Assembly: GCA_963706595.1 (NCBI GenBank)
Contig: OY970166.1
Coordinates: 992,001 to 1,056,000, forward strand
Source of the DNA: an uncultured cyanobacterium
GTDB lineage: Bacteria; Cyanobacteriota; Cyanobacteriia; Cyanobacteriales; Nostocaceae
Reading direction: 5' to 3'
Length of the DNA stretch: 64,000 nt
Positions 20,704 to 29,866 of the stretch are shown piece by piece. Below the pieces are notes generated by a model. It was given only the letters and a program-made list of their open reading frames with translations. It made no database searches and was not told the origin of the DNA. Position numbers and translations under genes: made by a program. Every line of letters begins with the position of its first letter. Within the stretch, counting starts at the first letter, position 1.

Positions 20704-23289
20704 TTACATGATGTTTAATGGGTCTACATCTATAGTTAAACTGACAGAACTAGGACAAAGCGATCGCACTGACTCCCAATCAGGTAAATTTGGTAAAGCA
20801 TCGGGATCAAACTTGAGCATAATTTGCCAACGAAAACGGTTAGCTACCCGCGCAACACTGGCTGGGGCTGGACCGAGAATATCAAAGCCCTCGCTAGAAC
20901 TCAAAGCTGTGGCGATGATTTGGGCTGTGTTCTGGACTTGAATCGGATCTAAACCACTCAAGCGTAATAAAATTAACCGTCCATAAGGAGGATAATTCAG
21001 CGCTTGGCGTTCTTCTATTTCTGTTTGGGAAAAAGACTGATAATCATGTTGTTTTACCGCCCCAATTACCGGATGTTCTGGGGTGTAAGTCTGCACAATT
21101 ACTCGACCGGGATCATCGCCTCTACCAGCCCTTCCGGCTACTTGCGTCAGGGTTTGAAATGCTCGCTCACTGGCGCGATAATCTGATAAATGCAGCAAAC
21201 CATCAGCAGAGACAACACCTACTAATGTCACCTGGGGTAAATCTAAACCTTTGGTAATCATTTGTGTTCCTATTAATAAATGGGCTTCACCGTTAGCAAA
21301 TCGAGTCAATAAGTTACGGTGTGCGCCTTTATTGCGGGTGGTATCACTATCAAAACGAATATAACTCAACTGCGGAAATTGTTTTGCTAATTCTTGGGCG
21401 ACGCGCTGAGTTCCGCTACCAAAGAATTTCAGGTAAGGTGAACCACATTCGGGGCATTGGGGAGGATGCGATCGCGTATAGTTACAGTAATGACAGCGTA
21501 GTATTTGCGGCGCTCCTTCTTCTGTCTGGTGATAGGCTAGCGATACATCACAATGGGGACATTCCATTACATAACCACAGCTGCGACAAGAGACAAAGGT
21601 ACTGTGTCCCCGACGATGGATAAATAAAATTCCCTGTTGTTGCTTCTCTTCTAGTTGCTGTAAAGCTGTTTGTAACGACCTACTAAATATAGAACGATTT
21701 CCCTGCTGTAACTCTAGCCGCATATCGACTAATTCTACCGGTGGTAATGGGCGGGAGTTAATGCGTTCGGGAAGGGATAGGTAATAGGAGTGGGTTGACC
21801 TCTCCCCCAACCCCTCTCCTACAAGGAGAGGGGAGTGAATTTCCCCCATTCCCTTGTAGGGAAGGGGGGTTAGGGGGGTTAGGTCTGAGGCGTTGCTGAG
21901 ATTTACCCAACTTTCTAATGAAGGGGTGGCGGAACCGAGAATTAAAGGACAATTTTCTATTTGGGCGCGCCATTGGGCGACGGTGCGGGCGTGGTAGGTG
22001 GGAATGGGAGAATCTTGTTTAAAGCTGCTGTCGTGTTCTTCGTCTAAGATGATTAAACCTAAATTGGGTAATGGGGCGAAAATGGCGCTGCGAGTCCCGA
22101 TGACAATTTGGGGTTCTCCTGTCAGCATTTGTCGCCAAGTATCGTAACGTTCGCCGGCGGAAAGGGCGCTGTGATAAACGCTGACTTTACCGCCGAAACG
22201 AGCGCGGAATCGGTCTGTTAGCTGGGGTGTGAGGCCAATTTCGGGAACTAAAACTAGGGCGGATTTTCCTTGATTGATTAGCGGTGCGATCGCTTGTAAA
22301 TATACCTCTGTTTTGCCTGAACCTGTAATCCCATGCAACAACACTTGAGCAAACCCATTCAGGGCTTGTATAGTCGTTAAGGCATTTGCTTGATGAGGAT
22401 TTAAAGTTTTGGGGACATCTGGCGCTAATGCTAGTCCCTGTTCTGTTCGCAATACTTCTTTGTCTTCGATGACGATGTAACCCTTTTGTGCCATCGTCTT
22501 CAGGATAGAGGAACTAGCATGACAAATTTGTAATAGTTCACTCTGCCACAATTCTCCGCCACTCCGCCGCAATACTTCCAAAATTTCTCGTTGGCGAGTT
22601 GTTAAATCACCATCAACGCACCAATCAAGGTGACGGCTTTTTGTCTCTTTGGTCGATTTAGTCGCGGTGGTTCTAAATAACTTTCTACTAACCCAAATCG
22701 TAACAACTCCCGCACACCTTTATAGGCTGTTTTGACTTTCTGTTGCAGGTAGGTGAAACTATAGTCTCCGGCTGGTTGAGATTGCAAAAGGTTTAACACT
22801 TGCTGGGCTGCGGGAGTAAGGAAAGTCAAAGATGAGGCAATTTGTCTGTTTATTTCTTCGTTGGAGATCAAGCGAATCCGACGTTGCGATCGCCCCAGTA
22901 ACCCCGGCGGTAATGCCACCCGGATCACCTGAATTAAAGGCGTATAGTAATATGCAGCGACTCGATTTAATAATTCCCAATAGCTCGGAGGGAAGAAACC
23001 TTCGCTGACTATATCCTCTACTTCTTTGATTTTTTCAGGTGGTAGATCGATATTTAGTTCTGTCAATAAACGAATGGCGATCGCTCCTACTTTTTGAGTG
23101 CGAAATGGTACACTTAAAATATCACCGGGTTTGATTTTTAACTGACTTGGTAATCGATAGGTAAATAATCCTGTAGTCTCCTGGACAATCCACCAGCACT
23201 TCAATCCATCGATTTACATTTTCAGCTTCGTAAGTTTCTCCAGGTTCAGCAACCACCAAATTCAGTAAATTTATGCCAGTTTTATACAT
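20704..23289 (-). pseudogene. priA: Primosomal protein N' (PriA) interrupted by two frameshifts
   Basis: Three consecutive segments: MYKTGINL...VDCPG, then TTGLFTY...LIGA, then DGDLTTRQ... leading into the helicase (GITGSGKT, DEEH, SAT, Cys-rich region). Indels near 23178 and 22616. May be sequence error. Confidence 0.8.
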
Positions 23290-24084
23290 AGTTTTGCATT
23301 TTTATAGACAAAGGTTTCTCTTACTTTCATTTATTTATTTAGAGTTCACTTAGCTTTATCAAAACTTTTTCTTTTTTGGATGTAAAATGTATTTGATAAT
23401 ACTTTTGTTTCACATAATACTTGATAAGTTTCACCTTATGTAATTTACTAGACAATTTTGTCTTCACAATACATGGCATAAATATTTAAAGTCCGCTATG
23501 AAAAATTAAATTCTCTTTCCAGACGATTCTGGAAATAGTCTGACTAACTACTAAATAGGACATATCCTTTTTCAGCCCCTTGATAGATATTCAATCCTTT
23601 GTGTATATGAGATGCTTTTATACAAATAAATTATTTCAGAAAATTAGACTAGTCAAACCGTGTCCTTAAGGAAGCTTTATGTAAATAAGCACCAAACCCA
23701 AAGCAAGACTGTAATTTCTGTAATAATTTCTTACCTGATCAAGCTTAAAAACTTATGTAACTTATAAAAGATTTAAGCTAGGGGGTATTTACTTGAGTTT
23801 TTTATATTTGTTAAGGTGGATAAAGGTTGAGGGGATTTGACATATTTGGGTATTAAGAAAAAAATAAGGAATATCTCTGTTGGAACCTGAGAAGATAGTT
23901 TTTGGGTGCAAAAACCAGTATTTGTTAGAGGTTCTATCTAGCAGGAGCCAAGAAATGACAGCGAGGGGCTGATTTTCACTAATGAATAAGCAATTAGCAA
24001 GAAGATGTATTTTTCTGACAAAGGGGTGCATTTGTTTGTTAGGGAAAACTACCAAAGCTTCAAGCAAGCGGCTGTCACTAAATT

Positions 24085-25254
24085 ATGTACCAAACAAAGC
24101 AACAATCCCTAAAGGAAACTATGAACATTGCTGAATTGGGAACAATGGAAATACTGGAAACTACTGTCGAACATGAAGATCACACACTCGAACTTCTAGA
24201 ACCAGTGGTGGAGTCAGAACCTCCAATCATGGAACATCTGGAATCAGACGAACGTGATGGAGATGACATGGCGGCGGCTCGGCCTTCAGGATACAATAAA
24301 ACCGAGCATGATGATGCTGTAGGCGCGTTTTTTAAAGAAATGGCGCGTTATCCGTTGTTAAAACCCGACGAAGAGGTAGAGTTAGCACGGCGAGTTAGGT
24401 TTCTAGAGGAAGTTAGGGAAATACAAGCTGCTTTGGAATTAAAGCTGGAAGAGCCACCTAGTAAGGTACAAGTAGCCGCACAGCTAGAAATGACCGAAAA
24501 GCAACTAGAAAGTCGCTTGTATCAAGGGCGAGTCGCGAAACGCAAAATGATTCGCTCTAACCTGAGATTGGTGGTGTCAATCGCCAAGCGATACCTGAAT
24601 CGGGGCGTACCTTTTCTGGATTTAATTCAGGAAGGCGCAATGGGTTTAAACCGGGCGACTGAAAAATTTGATCCCGATAAAGGATATAAGTTTTCCACCT
24701 ACGCTTACTGGTGGATTAGACAAGCAATTACGCGGGCGATCGCCAATGATGCGCGAACTATCCGTTTACCTATCCACATTGTTGAAAAACTTAACAAGCT
24801 CAAAAAAGCTCAACGGGAACTCAAGCAAAAACTCTGTCGCAATCCCAACGAAGCCGAAATGGCAGAAGCTTTGGAAATTAGCGTCCAACAACTGCGCCAA
24901 TTACAACAGCTACGGCGACAAGCCCTTTCTCTGAATCACCGTGTAGGTAAAGAGGAAGATACAGAACTGATGGATTTGCTAGAAGATGAGGATAACTTAT
25001 CTCCCGAAGCAAAAATGAATGAAAACATGATGCGTCAGGAGATTTGGGATGTCTTGGGTGATGTGCTAACTCCACGGGAAAAAGACGTGATTTCTTTGCG
25101 CTACGGTTTGACCACCAGCGAACCCTGTACCTTAGAAGAAGTGGGCAATATGTTCAATTTATCTCGTGAACGAGTCCGCCAAATTCAAAGCAAAGCGATG
25201 CGGAAACTGCGTCGTCCTCATATCGCCAAGCGCTTAAAAGGATGGTTAATTTAA
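24085..25254 (+). CDS. sigE: Group-2 RNA polymerase sigma factor (SigE-like)
   Basis: [24 protein letters not shown] and SRERVRQI; paralog name inferred from recalled Nostoc synteny with priA and petJ. Confidence 0.75.
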   Translation: MYQTKQQSLKETMNIAELGTMEILETTVEHEDHTLELLEPVVESEPPIMEHLESDERDGDDMAAARPSGYNKTEHDDAVGAFFKEMARYPLLKPDEEVELARRVRFLEEVREIQAALELKLEEPPSKVQVAAQLEMTEKQLESRLYQGRVAKRKMIRSNLRLVVSIAKRYLNRGVPFLDLIQEGAMGLNRATEKFDPDKGYKFSTYAYWWIRQAITRAIANDARTIRLPIHIVEKLNKLKKAQRELKQKLCRNPNEAEMAEALEISVQQLRQLQQLRRQALSLNHRVGKEEDTELMDLLEDEDNLSPEAKMNENMMRQEIWDVLGDVLTPREKDVISLRYGLTTSEPCTLEEVGNMFNLSRERVRQIQSKAMRKLRRPHIAKRLKGWLI

Positions 25255-25473
25255 GCTCAAGGTGGGTGGCGCTACTTGTTTCTGGTGAAGGTGGGTTACG
25301 CGATCGCTTTAGCGGAGCCATGCCCCTTGGGCTATACCCACCCTACAGTTTTGGGTAATTTATATTTTGGTGTTACCTGAGTTCGGAATTCTGTCTGTAG
25401 TTATTAATTATTAGTCAAAAATTTTACACAATTGACTATAAACTATGGACTATGGATTATGGATGATGGACTA

Positions 25474-25968
25474 ATGAATTCTCGTAGTGATTTGATTTTG
25501 CGTTTGGCTGAACCAGCTGATAGCAACGTACTGTTTGATTTAATTAAGGGGCTGGCTGAGTACGAAAAATTATCTCACGCCGTCACTGGGAATGCTTTGG
25601 ATCTCCAGGAGCATTTATTTGGCTCCCCAAAGTATGTTGAGGCAATATTAGCAGAATATGCAGGGCAAGCTGTTGGTTTTGCCCTGTTTTTTTCTAATTA
25701 TTCTACTTTTCTGACTAAGCCAGGCATTTATTTAGAAGATTTGTTTGTCTTGCCAGAATATCGCCGTCAAGGTATTGGTAAAGCGCTTTTGTCTAAATTA
25801 GCCCAAATAGCTGTAGACCGCAATTGTGGACGCTTAGAGTGGAGTGTATTGGATTGGAATGAGTCGGCGCAGGCATTCTATCGCAGTATGGGCGCTACTA
25901 TTTTAGATGATTGGCGAATTTGTCGCGTCACGGAAGAAGCGATGCAAGAGTTAGCAAATAAAGTTTGA
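25474..25968 (+). CDS. GNAT N-acetyltransferase (SSAT-like)
   Basis: LAEYEK, IYLEDLFV, RRQGIG and LEWSVLDWN. Confidence 0.9.
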   Translation: MNSRSDLILRLAEPADSNVLFDLIKGLAEYEKLSHAVTGNALDLQEHLFGSPKYVEAILAEYAGQAVGFALFFSNYSTFLTKPGIYLEDLFVLPEYRRQGIGKALLSKLAQIAVDRNCGRLEWSVLDWNESAQAFYRSMGATILDDWRICRVTEEAMQELANKV

Positions 25969-26097
25969 AGCGGGAAATTACAATATCTTTCATCCAGGTG
26001 AAGTTTGACAGCTTGTCTTTTGACACAGGCAATTCATTCAACTGAAAATTATGAAAGGTATTGTACCGAATCAGCCGTTTTGCAGAGAGAACACGAG

Positions 26098-26430
26098 ATG
26101 AAAAGAATAATTTCCTTGCTACTTTTAGGCATCACTATCTTCACCTTTGCCTTTAGTAGTCCAGCTTTAGCAGCAGATACTGTCAATGGAGCTAAAATAT
26201 TTAGTGCTAATTGTGCTTCTTGTCATGCGGGTGGTAGAAACTTGGTTAAAGCTGATAAAAGTTTGAAAAAGGATGATTTAGAAAAGTACGGTATGTACTC
26301 AGCAGAGGCAATTATTAGTCAAGTTACAAATGGTAAAGATGCTATGCCTGCCTTCAGAGGTCGTTTAAAAGCAAACCAGATTGAAGATGTAGCTGCTTAT
26401 GTGCTGGAACAAGCAGATAAAGGCTGGTAG
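26098..26430 (+). CDS. petJ: Cytochrome c6
   Basis: Signal peptide, CASCH and [12 protein letters not shown]. Confidence 0.9.
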   Translation: MKRIISLLLLGITIFTFAFSSPALAADTVNGAKIFSANCASCHAGGRNLVKADKSLKKDDLEKYGMYSAEAIISQVTNGKDAMPAFRGRLKANQIEDVAAYVLEQADKGW

Positions 26431-26640
26431 TTAGATCGAGTTTGGTTAATTAGTTATAATTCCCACAGTCATTCCACCCCTCCCCGCCAGCGGAGAGGGG
26501 AGAAATATCAATCTAAAATACTCGCTCTTGCTGCCTATACTCTGGTTAAGCAAATCTAAAATTAAAAATATTAGTTAAATGTTAATAGTGGGCGGAGCTT
26601 TTTTTGGTTAAGTTTACTGCTGCTGAAATTGTCAAATAGG

Positions 26641-27570
26641 ATGCTTATGACTTATTTGTGGCGATTATTTCTCAGTTTAGTGCTGGCTTTTTTGCTCAAT
26701 TGTTCTACAACGAGCGCATATTCATTACCGATTGTCAAGACTCAAATTACAGCCAGTGATTTGTTAAGTTTGGGTGTCAGTAATATGCAAAGTGGTAATT
26801 ATCGAGAGGCGATAGAGAATTTTAACCAAGCGCTGGAACTGCAATCAGATTCTGCTGTGGCTTATACCGATCGCTGTCAGGCTCATCTGCAATTACAAGA
26901 TTACCACCAAGCCGTCACAGATTGTAATCAAGCTCTAAATTTAGCACCAAATAGTCTGGAAGCGTATTTGAGCCGAGGATTAGCACAATATAGACAAGGA
27001 AATGATTCTGCTGCCATTGCTGATTATAACCAAGCGATCGCACTTCATCCAGTCGATTTTCGTGCTTATTATAACCGAGGTTTAGCCCGTGTCGGTGAGG
27101 GAAATTACACCGAGGCGATCGCTGATTACAATTTAGCCCTCACTCAAATTTCCCCAAACACAAGTTCATCCCTCGCCGATATCTACAATGACAGAGGTTT
27201 AGCTCACTTACTCTTGCAAAATTCCCCAGCCGCTATCCTGGACTTTAATCGAGCAATTCGCCTGAATCATCAGGATTTTAGAGCTTACTTTAATCTCGGC
27301 TGTGCTGATGGCAGAAATAGCGATAATGTGAGTGCAATCGGCAATTTTTCCCAAGTTATCAAACTTAACCCTAGCAATGCCTCAGCTTACCTGAATCGGG
27401 GAATAGCTCAATATCGTTTAGGGTATCATCAAGGCGCGATCGCAGACCTAAAAAAGGCATCCGATTACTTTGAAAACCAAGGAAACAGCATCGCCTATGA
27501 AAAAACCTTAGATTTACTCGATAAATTGCGGCAACAACTCCAATTTGTCACCGAAATCGCTCTATTGTAA
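26641..27570 (+). CDS. Tetratricopeptide-repeat protein
   Basis: Repeated AYxNRG...AIxDYNxA units; signal peptide. Confidence 0.9.
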   Translation: MLMTYLWRLFLSLVLAFLLNCSTTSAYSLPIVKTQITASDLLSLGVSNMQSGNYREAIENFNQALELQSDSAVAYTDRCQAHLQLQDYHQAVTDCNQALNLAPNSLEAYLSRGLAQYRQGNDSAAIADYNQAIALHPVDFRAYYNRGLARVGEGNYTEAIADYNLALTQISPNTSSSLADIYNDRGLAHLLLQNSPAAILDFNRAIRLNHQDFRAYFNLGCADGRNSDNVSAIGNFSQVIKLNPSNASAYLNRGIAQYRLGYHQGAIADLKKASDYFENQGNSIAYEKTLDLLDKLRQQLQFVTEIALL

Positions 27571-27742
27571 AACTATTAACTCTTTGAGCGTCCAAAAAAT
27601 TTCTGCCTCTGGAAACAGATATATAACTACCATCAAATTTAGTGATTATACTCGTTATCATTGATTTAGTGAGAAGGTTAGTCAATAGCTAATTATTTGC
27701 TAACAATAGATGATATATGCTAACAAATGCTAATGTAGGGGT

Positions 27743-28336
27743 ATGGCTTATGTACCACTACGAGAAGCAGTCAAAAAACTGGGACTGCACCCAAACACTT
27801 TAAGGAAGTACGCAGACAATGGCAAGATTGAAAGCATCAAAAACGAAGCAGGACAAAGACTTTTTAACGTTGAATCCTACCTCCGTGGTGCAACTAGAAC
27901 TTCCCTTGTTTGCTACTGCCGAGTTAGTTCAACCAAACAACGAGACGACCTTGGTAGACAAATTGCCTATATGCAATCACTCTACCCAGATGCCGAAATC
28001 ATCAAAGACATCGGCAGTGGAATCAACTTTAAAAGAAAGGGACTGCAAGCCTTACTGGACAGACTTATGCGGGGAGATAAGCTCACGCTTGTTGTTGCCT
28101 GTCGTGACCGACTCGCAAGGTTTGGATTCGAGCTTATTCAGTACATGGTCGAGCAAAACGGTGGACAGCTCGTGGTTCTCGACAACACTGTACACTGCCC
28201 AGAGTCAGAGCTTACCTCGGATCTTCTCTCCATCCTCCACGTCTTCTCTTGTCGGATGCACGGACTCAGGAAGTACAGTAAAAAAATCAAGGAAGATCCG
28301 GATCTTCCTCACAACGGCGCAGAGGCGGATCGTTAA
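27743..28336 (+). CDS. tnpA: IS607 serine transposase TnpA
   Basis: N-terminal MerR-like HTH; YCRVSS, DIGSGINFKRKG and DRLARFGF. Confidence 0.95.
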   Translation: MAYVPLREAVKKLGLHPNTLRKYADNGKIESIKNEAGQRLFNVESYLRGATRTSLVCYCRVSSTKQRDDLGRQIAYMQSLYPDAEIIKDIGSGINFKRKGLQALLDRLMRGDKLTLVVACRDRLARFGFELIQYMVEQNGGQLVVLDNTVHCPESELTSDLLSILHVFSCRMHGLRKYSKKIKEDPDLPHNGAEADR

Positions 28337-29387
28337 ACAGTGGTTTGGTGTGTCCAGGTTTGTTTACAACACTACCGTTAAACTGCTGCAAGACTCTAAC
28401 GTTAAGGCTAACTGGAAAGCGATTAAGACTGACATATTGAATGGACTACCAGAATGGAGTAAATCAGTTCCCTATCAAATTAAATCAATCGCCATCAAAG
28501 ATGCCTGTAAGTCTGTCAGCAATGCCAAGAAAAAGTTTAAAAACGGTGGTGGTATTAGCAAGATTAGATTTAGATCAAGAAAAGACACTGTGCAATCTTG
28601 CTACATTCCCAAATCTGCGGTAAAAGATTTGGGAATTTACCACACTATATTAGGTGAGGCAACCTTTAAAGAAGCCTTACCACAAAGCTTTGGCGACTGT
28701 CGTTTGGTGTTTGCGTACCGTGATTACTATTTGACAGTTCCAGAGGATGTGCCACAACAGAAGTCTGATAACCAAGGACGTGTTGTAGCACTTGACCCCG
28801 GCATCAGAACATTTATCACCTTCTTTTCTGAATGTAGTTTTGGTGAAATTGGAACATCTGCTAATTTGCAAATTCAGAAGCTATGTTTTCGTTTGGATAA
28901 GTTAATTTCTAAATTCACTAAAGCCAAGTGCAAACAAAGAAGAAGGATGAAGCTTGCCGCCAGTAGACTGCGAGGTAAAATCAAAAACCTTGTAGACGAA
29001 TTGCACAAGAAAACTGCTCGATTTTTGGCTGATAACTTTGACATGATTTTACTGCCAACCTTTGAAACATCTCAAATGTCTAAGAAGGCGAAGCGACGGA
29101 TTAGGTCAAAGTCAGTGCGCCAAATGTTAACACTCTCTCACTACCGATTTAAGCAGTTTCTTAAGCATAAGGCTTTTGAGACTAATAAAGTAGTTATGGA
29201 TGTCAACGAAGCGTACACATCAAAAACAGTCAGTTGGACTGGTGAAATCATCCCCAACCTTGGTGGTGCTAAATTCGTTAAGTCTCCATCTGACGGGCAG
29301 GTGATGAGCCGGGACATGAATGGTGCGCGAGGGATTTTCCTTCGTGCATTGGTTGATACGCCCTCTCTTAAGGAGTGTATTTGTTAA
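27819..29387 (+). CDS. tnpB: RNA-guided endonuclease TnpB, pro-Fanzor-like
   Basis: SRFVYN, ALDPG, NEAYTSKT and RDMNGARGI; start uncertain (ATG 27819 or 27990). Confidence 0.88.
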   Translation: MARLKASKTKQDKDFLTLNPTSVVQLELPLFATAELVQPNNETTLVDKLPICNHSTQMPKSSKTSAVESTLKERDCKPYWTDLCGEISSRLLLPVVTDSQGLDSSLFSTWSSKTVDSSWFSTTLYTAQSQSLPRIFSPSSTSSLVGCTDSGSTVKKSRKIRIFLTTAQRRIVKQWFGVSRFVYNTTVKLLQDSNVKANWKAIKTDILNGLPEWSKSVPYQIKSIAIKDACKSVSNAKKKFKNGGGISKIRFRSRKDTVQSCYIPKSAVKDLGIYHTILGEATFKEALPQSFGDCRLVFAYRDYYLTVPEDVPQQKSDNQGRVVALDPGIRTFITFFSECSFGEIGTSANLQIQKLCFRLDKLISKFTKAKCKQRRRMKLAASRLRGKIKNLVDELHKKTARFLADNFDMILLPTFETSQMSKKAKRRIRSKSVRQMLTLSHYRFKQFLKHKAFETNKVVMDVNEAYTSKTVSWTGEIIPNLGGAKFVKSPSDGQVMSRDMNGARGIFLRALVDTPSLKECIC

Positions 29388-29747
29388 TGAATGTTAGCAA
29401 AAAAGTATCGGAAAACGAGTATCGATAGACTTCTGTGAAGGAATTGTAACAGGCGCAGAACCTCCGCCGTGAAAATGCAGGAGACTAAAGACATATAATG
29501 CTTTCTGCTTTATTATTAATGCCACATTTTAAGCTTGTCACGCCAGTAGGGTGCGTTATGGACGCTAGTCCTAACGCGCTGAGAATTGAAGATGGTGCGT
29601 TGCGCTACGCGACAACACACCCTACACACACTAAAGTCTCCCCTTTCCTTAGCAAGGAGAGGGGTTGGGGGTGAGGTTCTATATTTTATTAAATCCACAT
29701 TCCTTCGTGAGGTAATTTTAGGAAGATTCCCCTCAGTTTTGAATTGA

Positions 29748-29778
29748 AGTATCGCTTTTTAGGAAGCGGTATTTTTTT
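29748..29778 (+). terminator. Putative intrinsic terminator
   Basis: AGTATCGCTT...AAGCGGTATT hairpin followed by a T run. Confidence 0.45.
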
Positions 29779-29866
29779 GATGAGCGATTATTTTTCGCTT
29801 AGGTAATAATTGGAGAGGAGCAAATTTTTAATAACATTAATTGTTCATTAACAAAAATTTACAGCT

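Larger units (their letters stand above)
27676..29411 (+). mobile_element. IS607-family element (tnpA + tnpB)
   Basis: GG dinucleotide at each predicted end; TGCTAACA motifs at the left end (27698, 27718) and inverted TGTTAGCA at the right end (29392); no TIR or TSD; exact ends inferred. Confidence 0.85.

Noticed and set aside
27550..29494. A 70-codon minus-strand ORF restored by excising IS607
   Set aside because: No recognisable motif and the length is within the range of chance ORFs in this window.
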